Assembly (NCBI GenBank): GCA_964016885.1
Contig: OZ024740.1
Coordinates: 417,508,001-417,572,000 of the forward strand
DNA: 64,000 nt
From: Eledone cirrhosa
Lineage: Eukaryota
Reading direction: 5' to 3'
The notes under the pieces are model-generated. The model worked only from the letters and a program-made list of their open reading frames with translations. It was not told the DNA's origin and did not search any database. Numbering within the stretch: position 1 is the first letter of the stretch; every line of letters begins with the position of its first letter. The position numbers and the translations under genes were made by a program. Positions 25,901-38,530 of the stretch are shown here, piece after piece.

Positions 25901-28900
25901 ACAGACATGTGGTTACAATGTCTCAGGAAATAGTCTCTGAATTGAGAGACCACAGCTCTGATATTACAGACATGTGGTTAGAATGTCTCAGGAAAGAATC
26001 TCTGAATTGAGAGATCACAGCTCTGATATTACAGACATGTGGTTAGAATGTCTCAGGAAAGAATCTCTGAATTGAGAGATCACAGCTCTGATATTACAGA
26101 CATGTGGTTAGAATATCTCAGGAAAGAATCTCTGAATTGAGAGATCACAGCTCTGATATTACAGACATGTGGCTAGAATGTCTCAGGAAAGAACCTCTGA
26201 ATTGAGAGACCACAGCTCTGATATTACAGACATGTGGCTAGAATGTCTCAAGAAAGAGTCTCTCAATTGAGAGACCACAGCTCTGATATTACAGACATGT
26301 GGCTGGAATGTCTCAGGAAAGAGTCTTTGAATTGAGAGACCACAGCTCTGATATTACAGGCATGTGGCTAGAATGTCTCAGGAAAGAATCTCTGAATTGA
26401 GAGACCACAGCTCTGATACTACAGACATGTGGTTAGAATGTCTCTGGAAAGAATCTCTGAATTGAGAGACCACAACTTTGATATTACAGACATGTGGTTA
26501 GAATGTCTCAGGAAAGAATCTCTGAATTGAGAGACCACAGCTCTGATACTGCAGACATGTGGCTAGAATGTCTCAGGAAAGAGACTCTGAATTGAGAGAC
26601 CACAGCTCTGATATTACAGACATGTGGCTAGAATGTCTCAGGAAAGAGTCTCTAAATTGAGAGACCACAGCTATGATATTACAGACATGTGGTTAGAATG
26701 TCTCAGGAAAGAATCTCCGAATTGAGAGACCACAGCTCTGATGTTACAGACATGTGGTTAGAATGTCTCAGGAAAGAGTCTCTGAATTGAGAGATCACAG
26801 CTCTGATATTACAGACATGTGGTTAGAACGTCTCAGGAAAGAATCTCTGATTTGAGAGATAACAGCTCTGATATTACAGACATGTGGTTAGAATGTCTCA
26901 GGAAAGAATCTCTGAATTGAGAGATCACAGCTCTGATATTATAGACATGTGGTTAGAATGTCTCAGGAAAGAGTCTCTGAATTGAGAGATCACAGCTCTG
27001 ATATTACAGACATGTGGCTAGAATGTCTCAGGAAAAAGTCTTTGAGGTGAGAGATCACAGCTCTGATATTACTAGACATGTGGTTAGAATGTCTCAAGAA
27101 AGAGTCTCTGAATTGAGAGACCACAGCTCTGATATTACGGACATGTGGCTAGAATGTCTCAGGAAAGAGTCTCTGAATTGAGAGATCACAGCTCTGATAT
27201 TACTAGACATGCAGTTAGAATGTCTGAGGAAAGTGTCTCTGAATTGAGAGACCACAGCTCTGATATTACAGACATGTGGATAGAATGTCTCAGGAAAGAA
27301 CCTCTGAATTGAGAGACCACAGCTCTGATATTACAGACATGTGGCTAGAATGTCTCAGGAAGGAGTCTCTGAATTGAGAGATCACAGCTTTGATATTACA
27401 GGCATGAGGCTAGAATGTCTCAGGAAAGAATCTCTGAATAGAGAGACCACAGCTCTGATACTACAGACACGTGGTTAGAATGTCTCAGGAAAGAGTCTCT
27501 GAATTGAGAGACAACAGCTCTGATACTACAGACATGCGGTTAGAATGTCTCAAGAAAGAGTCTCTCAATTGAGAGACCACAGCTCTGATATTACAGACAT
27601 GTGGGTAGATTGTCTCAGGAAAGAGTCTCTGAATTGAGAGACCACAGCTCTGATATTACAAACATGTGGTTAGAATGTCTCAGGAAAGAATCTCTGAATT
27701 GAGTGATCACAGCTCTGATACTACAGACATGTGGTTAGAATGTCTCAGGAAAGAACCTCTGAATTGAGAGACCTCAGCTCTGATATTACAAACATGTGGT
27801 TAGAATGTCTCAGGAAAGAGTCTCTGAATTGAGAGACCACAGCTCTGATACTACAGACTAGTGGTTAGAATGTCTCTGGAAAGAATCTCTGAATTGAGAG
27901 ATCACAGCTCTGATATTACAGGCATGTGGCTAGAATGTCTCAGGAAAGAATCTATCTCTGAATTGAGAGACCACAGCTCTGATACTACAGACATGTGGTT
28001 AGAATGTCTCAAGAAAGAGTCTCTCAATTGAGAGACCACAGCTCTGATATTACAGACATGTGGCTTGAATGTCTCAGGAAAGAGTCTCTGAATTGAGAGA
28101 TCACAGCTCTGATGTTACAGACATGTGGTTAGAATGTCTCAGGAAAGAATCTCTGAATTGAGAGACCACAGCTCTGATATTACAGACATGTGGCTAGAAT
28201 GTCTCAGGAAAGAGTCTTTGAATTGAGAGATCACAGCTCTGATATTACAGACATGTGGGTAGAATGTCTCAGGAAAGAACCTCTGAATTGAGAGACCACA
28301 AATCTGATATTACAGACATGTGGCTAGAATGTCTCAAGAAAGAGTCTCTCAATTGAGAGACCACAGCTCTGATATTACAGACATGTGGCTGGAATGTCTC
28401 AGGAAAGAGTCTTTGAATTGAGAGACCACAGCTCTGATATTACAGGCATGTGGCTAGAATGTCTCAGGAAAGAATCTCTGAATTGAGAGACCACAGCTCT
28501 GATACTACAGACATGTGGTTAGAATGTCTCTGGAAAGAATCTCTGAATTGAGAGACCACAACTTTGATATTACAGACATGTGGTTAGAATGTCTCAGGAA
28601 AGAATCTCTGAATTGAGAGACCACAGCTCTGATACTGCAGACATGTGGCTAGAATGTCTCAGGAAAGAGTCTCTGAATTGAGAGACCACAGCTCTGATAT
28701 TACAGACATGTGGCTAGAATGTCTCAAGAAAGAGTCTCTCAATTGAGAGACCACAGCTCTGATATTACAGACATGTGGCTAGAATGTCTCAGGAAAGAGT
28801 CTCTGAATTGAGAGATCACAGCTCTGATGTTACAGACATGTGGTTAGAATGTCTCAGGAAAGAATCTCTGAATTGAGAGACCACAGCTCTGATATTACAG

Positions 28901-31900
28901 ACATGTGGCTAGAATGTCTCAGGAAAGAGTCTTTGAATTGAGAGATCACAGCTCTGATGTTACAGACATGTGGTTAGAATGTCTCAGGAAAGAATCTCTG
29001 AATTGAGAGACCACAGCTCTGATATTACAGACATGTGGCTAGAATGTCTCAGGAAAGAGTCTTTGAATTGAGAGATCACAGCTCTGATATTACAGACATG
29101 TGGATAGAATGTCTCAGGAAAGAACCTCTGAATTGAGAGACCACAAATCTGATATTACAGACATGTGGCTAGAATGTCTCAGGAAAGAATCTCCGAATTG
29201 AGAGACCACAGCTCTGATACTACAGACATGTGGTTAGAATGTCTCAGGAAAGAATCTCTGAATTGAGAGACCACAGCTCTGATACTACAGACATGGGTTT
29301 AGAATGTCTCAGGAAAGAGTCTCTGAATTGAGAGATCACAGCTCTGATATTACAGACATGTGGTTACAATGTCTCAGGAAATAGTCTCTGAATTGAGAGA
29401 CCACAGCTCTGATATTACAGACATGTGGTTAGAATGTCTCAGGAAAGAATCTCTGAATTGAGAGATCACAGCTCTGATATTACAGTCATGTGGTTAGAAT
29501 GTCTCAGGAAAGAATCTCTGAATTGAGAGATCACAGCTCTGATATTACAGACATGTGGTTAGAATATCTCAGGAAAGAATCTCTGAATTGAGAGATCACA
29601 GCTCTGATATTACAGACATGTGGCTAGAATGTCTCAGGAAAGAACCTCTGAATTGAGAGACCACAGCTCTGATATTACAGACATGTGGCTAGAATGTCTC
29701 AAGAAAGAGTCTCTCAATTGAGAGACCACAGCTCTGATATTACAGACATGTGGCTGGAATGTCTCAGGAAAGAGTCTTTGAATTGAGAGACCACAGCTCT
29801 GATATTACAGGCATGTGGCTAGAATGTCTCAGGAAAGAATCTCTGAATTGAGAGACCACAGCTCTGATACTACAGACATGTGGTTAGAATGTCTCTGGAA
29901 AGAATCTCTGAATTGAGAGACCACAACTTTGATATTACAGACATGTGGTTAGAATGTCTCAGGAAAGAATCTCTGAATTGAGAGACCACAGCTCTGATAC
30001 TGCAGACATGTGGCTAGAATGTCTCAGGAAAGAGACTCTGAATTGAGAGACCACAGCTCTGATATTACAGACATGTGGCTAGAATGTCTCAGGAAAGAGT
30101 CTCTAAATTGAGAGACCACAGCTATGATATTACAGACATGTGGTTAGAATGTCTCAGGAAAGAATCTCCGAATTGAGAGACCACAGCTCTGATGTTACAG
30201 ACATGTGGTTAGAATGTCTCAGGAAAGAGTCTCTGAATTGAGAGATCACAGCTCTGATATTACAGACATGGGGTTAGAACGTCTCAGGAAAGAATCTCTG
30301 ATTTGAGAGATAACAGCTCTGATATTACAGACATGTGGTTAGAATGTCTCAGGAAAGAATCTCTGAATTGAGAGATCACAGCTCTGATATTATAGACATG
30401 TGGTTAGAATGTCTCAGGAAAGAGTCTCTGAATTGAGAGATCACAGCTCTGATATTACAGACATGTGGCTAGAATGTCTCAGGAAAAAGTCTTTGAGGTG
30501 AGAGATCACAGCTCTGATATTACTAGACATGTGGTTAGAATGTCTCAAGAAAGAGTCTCTGAATTGAGAGACCACAGCTCTGATATTACGGACATGTGGC
30601 TAGAATGTCTCAGGAAAGAGTCTCTGAATTGAGAGATCACAGCTCTGATATTACTAGACATGCAGTTAGAATGTCTGAGGAAAGTGTCTCTGAATTGAGA
30701 GACCACAGCTCTGATATTACAGACATGTGGATAGAATGTCTCAGGAAAGAACCTCTGAATTGAGAGACCACAGCTCTGATATTACAGACATGTGGCTAGA
30801 ATGTCTCAGGAAGGAGTCTCTGAATTGAGAGATCACAGCTTTGATATTACAGGCATGAGGCTAGAATGTCTCAGGAAAGAATCTCTGAATAGAGAGACCA
30901 CAGCTCTGATACTACAGACACGTGGTTAGAATGTCTCAGGAAAGAGTCTCTGAATTGAGAGACAACAGCTCTGATACTACAGACATGCGGTTAGAATGTC
31001 TCAAGAAAGAGTCTCTCAATTGAGAGACCACAGCTCTGATATTACAGACATGTGGGTAGATTGTCTCAGGAAAGAGTCTCTGAATTGAGAGACCACAGCT
31101 CTGATATTACAAACATGTGGTTAGAATGTCTCAGGAAAGAATCTCTGAATTGAGTGATCACAGCTATGATACTACAGACATGTGGTTAGAATGTCTCAGG
31201 AAAGAACCTCTGAATTGAGAGACCACAGCTCTGATATTACAGACATGTGGTTAGAATGTCTCAGGAAAGAATCTTCGAATTGAGAGACCACAGATCTGAT
31301 ATTACAGACATGTGGTTAGAATGTCTCAGGAAAGAATCTCTGAATTGAGAGACCACAGCACTGTAACTACAGACATGTGGTTAGAATGTCTCAGGAAAGA
31401 GTCTCTGAATTGAGAAATCACAACTCTGATGTTACAGACATGTGGGTAGAATGTCTCAGGAAAGAGTCTCTGAATTGAGAGACCACAGCTCTGATATTAC
31501 AGACATGTGGTTAGAATGTCTCAGGAAAGAATCTCTGAATTGAGAGATAACAGCTCTGATATTACAGACATGTGGTTAGAATGTCCCAGGAAAGAATCTC
31601 TGAATTGAGAGATCACAGCTCTGATATTACAGACATGTGGTTAGAATGTCTCAGGAAAGAATCTCTGAATTGAGAGATCACAGCTCTGATATTACAGACA
31701 TGTGGCTAGAATGTGTCAGGAAAGAACCTCTGAATTGAGAGACCACAGCTCTGATATTACAGGCATGTGGCTAGAATGTCTCAGGAAAGAATCTCTGAAT
31801 TGAGAGACCACAGCTTTGATATTACAGACATGTCGTTAGAATGTCTCAGGAAAGAATCTCTGAATTGAGAGACCACAGCTCTGATACTACAGACATGTGG

Positions 31901-34900
31901 CTAGAATGTCTCAGGAAAGAGTCTCTGAATTGAGAGACCACAGCTCTGATATTACAGACATGGGGCTAGAATGTCTCAGGAAAGAGTCTCTAAATTGAGA
32001 GACCACAGCTCTGATATTACAGACATGTGGTTAGAATGTCTCAGGAAAGAATCTCCGAATTGAGAGACCACAGCTCTAATATTACAGACATGTGGTTAGA
32101 ATGTCTCAGGAAAGAATCTCTGAATTGAGAGACCACAGCTCTGATATTACAGACATGTGGTTAGAATGTCTCAAGAAAAAGTCTCTCAATTGAGAGACCA
32201 CAGCTCTGATATTACAGACATGTGGCTAGAATGTCTCAGGAAAGAGTCTCTGAATTGAGAGACCACAGCTCTGATATTAAAGACATGTGGCTAGAATGTC
32301 TCAGGAAAGAGTCTCTGAATTGAGAGACAACGGCTCTGATATTACAGACATGTGGTTAGAATGTCTCAGGAAAGAACCTCTGAATTGAGAGACCTCAGCT
32401 CTGATATTACAGACATGTGGTTAGAATGTCTCAGGAAAGAATCTCTGAATTGAGAGACCACAGCTCTGATACTACAGACATGTGGTTAGAATGTCTCAGG
32501 AAAGAACCTCTGAATTGAGAGACCTCAGCTCTGATATTACAAACATGTGGTTAGAATGTCTCAGGAAAGAGTCTCTGAATTGAGAGACCACAGCTCTGAT
32601 ACTACAGACTAGTGGTTAGAATGTCTCTGGAAAGAATCTCTGAATTGAGAGATCACAGCTCTGATATTACAGGCATGTGGCTAGAATGTCTCAGGAAAGA
32701 ATCTATCTCTGAATTGAGAGACCACAGCTCTGATACTACAGACATGTGGTTAGAATGTCTCAAGAAAGAGTCTCTCAATTGAGAGACCACAGCTCTGATA
32801 TTACAGACATGTGGCTAGAATGTCTCAGGAAAGAGTCTCTGAATTGAGAGATCACAGCTCTGATGTTACAGACATGTGGTTAGAATGTCTCAGGAAAGAA
32901 TCTCTGAATTGAGAGACCACAGCTCTGATATTACAGACATGTGGCTAGAATGTCTCAGGAAAGAGTCTTTGAATTGAGAGATCACAGCTCTGATATTACA
33001 GACATGTGGGTAGAATGTCTCAGGAAAGAACCTCTGAATTGAGAGACCACAAATCTTATATTACAGACATGTGGCTAGAATGTCTCAAGAAAGAGTCTCT
33101 CAATTGAGAGACCACAGCTCTGATATTACAGACATGTGGCTGGAATGTCTCAGGAAAGAGTCTTTGAATTGAGAGACCACAGCTCTGATATTACAGGCAT
33201 GTGGCTAGAATGTCTCAGGAAAGAATCTCTGAATTGAGAGACCACAGCTCTGATACTACAGACATGTGGTTAGAATGTCTCTGGAAAGAATCTCTGAATT
33301 GAGAGACCACAACTTTGATATTACAGACATGTGGTTAGAATGTCTCAGGAAAGAATCTCTGAATTGAGAGACCACAGCTCTGATACTGCAGACATGTGGC
33401 TAGAATGTCTCAGGAAAGAGTCTCTGAATTGAGAGACCACAGCTCTGATATTACAGACATGTGGCTAGAATGTCTCAGGAAAGAGTCTCTAAATTGAGAG
33501 ACCACAGCTTTGATATTACAGACATGTGGTTAGAATGTCTCAGGAAAGAATCTCCGAATTGAGAGACCACAGCTCTAATATTACAGACATGTGGTTAGAA
33601 TGTCTCAGGAAAGAGTCTCTGAATTGAGAGACCACAGCTCTGATATTACAGACATGTGGTTAGAATGTCTCAAGAAAAAGTCTCTCAATTGAGAGACCAC
33701 AGCTCTGATATTACAGACATGTGGCTAGAATGTCTCAGGAAAGAGTCTCTGAATTGAGAGACCACAGCTCTGATATTAAAGACATGTGGCTAGAATGTCT
33801 CAGGAAAGAGTCTCTGAATTGAGAGACAACGGCTCTGATATTACAGACATGTGGTTAGAATGTCTCAGGAAAGAACCGCTGAATTGAGAGACCTCAGCTC
33901 TGATATTACAGACATGTGGTTAGAATGTCTCAGGAAAGAATCTCTGAATTGAGAGACCACAGCTGTGCTACTACAGGCATGTGGTTAGAATGTCTCAGGA
34001 AAGAATCTCTGAATTGAGAGATCACAGCTCTGATACTACAGACATGTGGTTAGAATGTCTCAGGAAAGAACCTCTGAATTGAGAGACCTCAGCTCTGATA
34101 TTACAAACATGTGGTTAGAATGTCTCAGGAAAGAGTCTCTGAATTGAGAGACCACAACTCTGATATTACAAAAATGTGGTTAGAATGTCTCAGGAAAGAG
34201 TCCTGAATTGAGAGACCACAGCTCTGATACTACAGACTTGTGGTTAGAATGTCTCTGGAAAGAATTTCTGAATTGAGAGATCACAGCTCTGATATTACAG
34301 GCATGTGGCTAGAATGTCTCAGGAAAGAATCTCTGAATTGAGAGACCACAGCTCTGATACTACAGATATGTAGATAGAATGTCTCAGGAAAGAGTCTCTG
34401 AATTGAGAGACCCCAGCTCTGATACTACAGGCATGTGGTTAGAATGTCTCAGGAAAGAATCTCTGAATTGAGAGATCACAGCTCTGATATTACAGACACG
34501 TGGTTAGAATGTCTCAGGAAAGAACCTCTGAATTGAGAGACGACAGCTCTGATATTACAGACATGTGGCTGGAATGTCTCAGGAAAGAATCTCTGAATTG
34601 AGAGACCACAGCTCTGATATTACTAGACATGTGGTTAGAAAGTCTCAATAAAGAATCTATCTCTGAATTGAGAGACCACAGCTCTGATACTACAGACATG
34701 TGGTTAGAATGTCTCAAGAAAGAGTCTCTGAATTGAGAGACCACAGCTCTGATATTACAGACATGTGGCTAGAATGTCTCAGGAAAGAGTCTCTGAATTG
34801 AGAGATCACAGCTCTGATGTTACAGACATGTGGTTATAATGTCTCAGGAAAGAATCTCTGAATTGAGAGACCACAGCTCTGATATTACAGACATGTGGCT

Positions 34901-35940
34901 AGAATGTCTCAGGAAAGAGTCTTTGAATTGAGAGATCACAGCTCTGATATTACAGACATGTGGGTAGAATGTCTCAGGAAAGAACCTCTGAATTGAGAGA
35001 CCTCAGCTCTGATATTACAGACATGTGGTTAGAATGTCTCAGGAAAGAATCTCTGAATTGAGAGACCACAGCTCTGATACTACAGACATGTGGTTAGAAT
35101 GTCTCAGGAAAGAACCTCTGAATTGAGAGACCTCAGCTCTGATATTACAAACATGTGGTTAGAATGTCTCAGGAAAGAGTCTCTGAATTGAGAGACCACA
35201 GCTCTGATACTACAGACTAGTGGTTAGAATGTCTCTGGAAAGAATCTCTGAATTGAGAGATCACAGCTCTGATATTACAGGCATGTGGATAGAATGTCTC
35301 AGGAAAGAATCTATCTCTGAATTGAGAGACCACAGCTCTGATACTACAGACATGTGGCTAGAATGTCTCAGGAAAGAGTCTCTGAATTGAGAGATCACAG
35401 CTCTGATGTTACAGACATGTGGTTAGAATGTCTCAGGAAAGAATCTCTGAATTGAGAGACCACAGCTCTGATATTACAGACATGTGGCTAGAATATCTCA
35501 GGAAAGAGTCTTTGAATTGAGAGATCACAGCTCTGATATTACAGACATGTGGGTAGAATGTCTCAGGAAAGAACCTCTGAATTGAGAGACCACAAATCTG
35601 ATATTACAGACATGTGGCTAGAATGTCTCAGGAAAGAATCTCCGAATTGAGAGACCACAGCTCTGATATTACAGGCATGTGGCTAGAATGTCTCAGGAAA
35701 GAATCTCTGAATTGAGAGACCACAGCTTTGATATTACAGACATGTCGTTAGAATGTCTCAGGAAAGAATCTCTGAATTGAGAGACCACAGCTCTGATACT
35801 ACAGACATGTGGCTAGAATGTCTCAGGAAAGAGTCTCTGAATTGAGAGACCACAGCTCTGATATTACAGACATGGGGCTAGAATGTCTCAGGAAAGAGTC
35901 TCTAAATTGAGAGACCACAGCTCTGATATTACAGACATGT
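17000..35940. repeat. Long-range duplication: about 17.0-23.95 kb repeated at about 29.1-35.94 kb (offset about 12 kb)
   Basis: CACAAATC 17028/29142 and GCTATGATAT 18007/30121 (offset 12114 = 186x65+24). Identical ORF-track peptides at 22530/34514 (offset 11984 = 184x65+24). The 130-bp difference equals the extra two monomers near 21711-21850. The variants GCTGTGCTAC and ATGTAGATAG are shared. Confidence 0.85.
24257..31160. repeat. Near-identical tandem duplication of a 53-monomer block (period 3451 bp)
   Basis: Rare markers GGCTTGAATG 24611/28062, GAGACTCTG 26581/30032 and GAATAGAGAG 27436/30887 all have offset 3451 = 53x65+6. Confidence 0.92.
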
Positions 35941-38159
35941 GTTTAGAATATCTCAGGAAAGAACCGCTGAATTGAGAGACCACAGCTCTGATATTACAGA
36001 CATGTGGTTAGAATGTCTCAGGAAAGAACCTCCGAATTGAGAGACCACAGCTCTAATATTACAGACATGTGGTTAGAATGTCTCAGGAAAGAATCTCTGA
36101 ATTGAGAGACCACAGCTCTGATATTACAGACATGTGGTTAGAATGTCTCAAGAAAAAGTCTCTCAATTGAGAGACCACAGCTCTGATATTACAGACATGT
36201 GGCTAGAATGTCTCAGGAAAGAGTCTCTGAATTGAGAGACCACAGCTCTGATATTAAAGACATGTGGCTAGAATGTCTCAGGAAAGAGTCTCTGAATTGA
36301 GAGACAACGGCTCTGATATTACAGACATGTGGTTAGAATGTCTCAGGAAAGAACCTCTGAATTGAGAGACCTCAGCTCTGATATTACAGACATGTGGTTA
36401 GAATGTCTCAGGAAAGAATCTCTGAATTGAGAGACCACAGCTCTGATACTACAGACATGTGGTTAGAATGTCTCAGGAAAGAACCTCTGAATTGAGAGAC
36501 CTCAGCTCTGATATTACAAACATGTGGTTAGAATGTCTCAGGAAAGAGTCTCTGAATTGAGAGACCACAGCTCTGATACTACAGACTAGTGGTTAGAATG
36601 TCTCTGGAAAGAATCTCTGAATTGAGAGATCACAGCTCTGATATTACAGGCATGTGGCTAGAATGTCTCAGGAAAGAATCTATCTCTGAATTGAGAGACC
36701 ACAGCTCTGATACTACAGACATGTGGTTAGAATGTCTCAAGAAAGAGTCTCTCAATTGAGAGACCACAGCTCTGATATTACAGACATGTGGCTAGAATGT
36801 CTCAGGAAAGAGTCTCTGAATTGAGAGATCACAGCTCTGATGTTACAGACATGTGGTTAGAATGTCTCAGGAAAGAATCTCTGAATTGAGAGACCACAGC
36901 TCTGATATTACAGACATGTGGCTAGAATGTCTCAGGAAAGAGTCTTTGAATTGAGAGATCACAGCTCTGATATTACAGACATGTGGGTAGAATGTCTCAG
37001 GAAAGAACCTCTGAATTGAGAGACCACAAATCTGATATTACAGACATGTGGCTAGAATGTCTCAAGAAAGAGTCTCTCAATTGAGAGACCACAGCTCTGA
37101 TATTACAGACATGTGGCTGGAATGTCTCAGGAAAGAGTCTTTGAATTGAGAGACCACAGCTCTGATATTACAGGCATGTGGCTAGAATGTCTCAGGAAAG
37201 AATCTCTGAATTGAGAGACCACAGCTCTGATACTACAGACATGTGGTTAGAATGTCTCTGGAAAGAATCTCTGAATTGAGAGACCACAACTTTGATATTA
37301 CAGACATGTGGTTAGAATGTCTCAGGAAAGAATCTCTGAATTGAGAGACCACAGCTCTGATACTGCAGACATGTGGCTAGAATGTCTCAGGAAAGAGTCT
37401 CTGAATTGAGAGACCACAGCTCTGATATTACAGACATGTGGCTAGAATGTCTCAGGAAAGAGTCTCTAAATTGAGAGACCACAGCTTTGATATTACAGAC
37501 ATGTGGTTAGAATGTCTCAGGAAAGAATCTCCGAATTGAGAGACCACAGCTCTAATATTACAGACATGTGGTTAGAATGTCTCAGGAAAGAGTCTCTGAA
37601 TTGAGAGACCACAGCTCTGATATTACAGACATGTGGTTAGAATGTCTCAAGAAAAAGTCTCTCAATTGAGAGACCACAGCTCTGATATTACAGACATGTG
37701 GCTAGAATGTCTCAGGAAAGAGTCTCTGAATTGAGAGACAACGGCTCTGATATTACAGACATGTGGTTAGAATGTCTCAGGAAAGAGTCTCTCAATTGAG
37801 AGACCACAGCTCTGATATTACAGACATGTGGCTAGAATGTCTCAGGAAAGAGTCTCTGAATTGAGAGACCACAGCTCTGATATTAAAGACATGTGGCTAG
37901 AATGTCTCAGGAAAGAGTCTCTGAATTGAGAGACAACGGCTCTGATATTACAAACATGTGGTTAGAATGTCTCAGGAAAGAACCGCTGAATTGAGAGACC
38001 TCAGCTCTGATATTACAGACATGTGGTTAGAATGTCTCAGGAAAGAATCTCTGAATTGAGAGACCACAGCTCTGCTACTACAGGCATGTGGTTAGAATGT
38101 CTCAGGAAAGAATCTCTGAATTGAGAGATCACAGCTCTGATACTACAGACATGTGGTTA

Positions 38160-38530
38160 GAATGTCTCAGGAAAGAACCTCTGAATTGAGAGACCTCAGC
38201 TCTGATATTACAAACATGTGGTTAGAATGTCTCAGGAAAGAGTCTCTGAATTGAGAGACCACAGCTCTGATATTACAAAAATGTGGTTAGAATGTCTCAG
38301 GAAAGAGTCCTGAATTGAGAGACCACAGCTCTGATATTACAAACATGTGGTTAGAATGTCTCAGGAAAGAACCTCTGAATTGAGAGACCTCAGCTCTGAT
38401 ATTACAAACATGTGGTTAGAATGTCTCAGGAAAGAGTCTCTGAATTGAGAGACCACAGCTCTGATATTACAAAAATGTGGTTAGAATGTCTCAGGAAAGA
38501 GTCCTGAATTGAGAGACCACAGCTCTGATA
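38160..38530. repeat. Local 3-monomer tandem duplication (194 bp)
   Basis: The deletion variant GTCCTGAA at 38307 and 38501 (offset 194 = 3x65-1) is each time preceded by the ACAAAAATG and GACCTCAG monomers. Confidence 0.85.
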
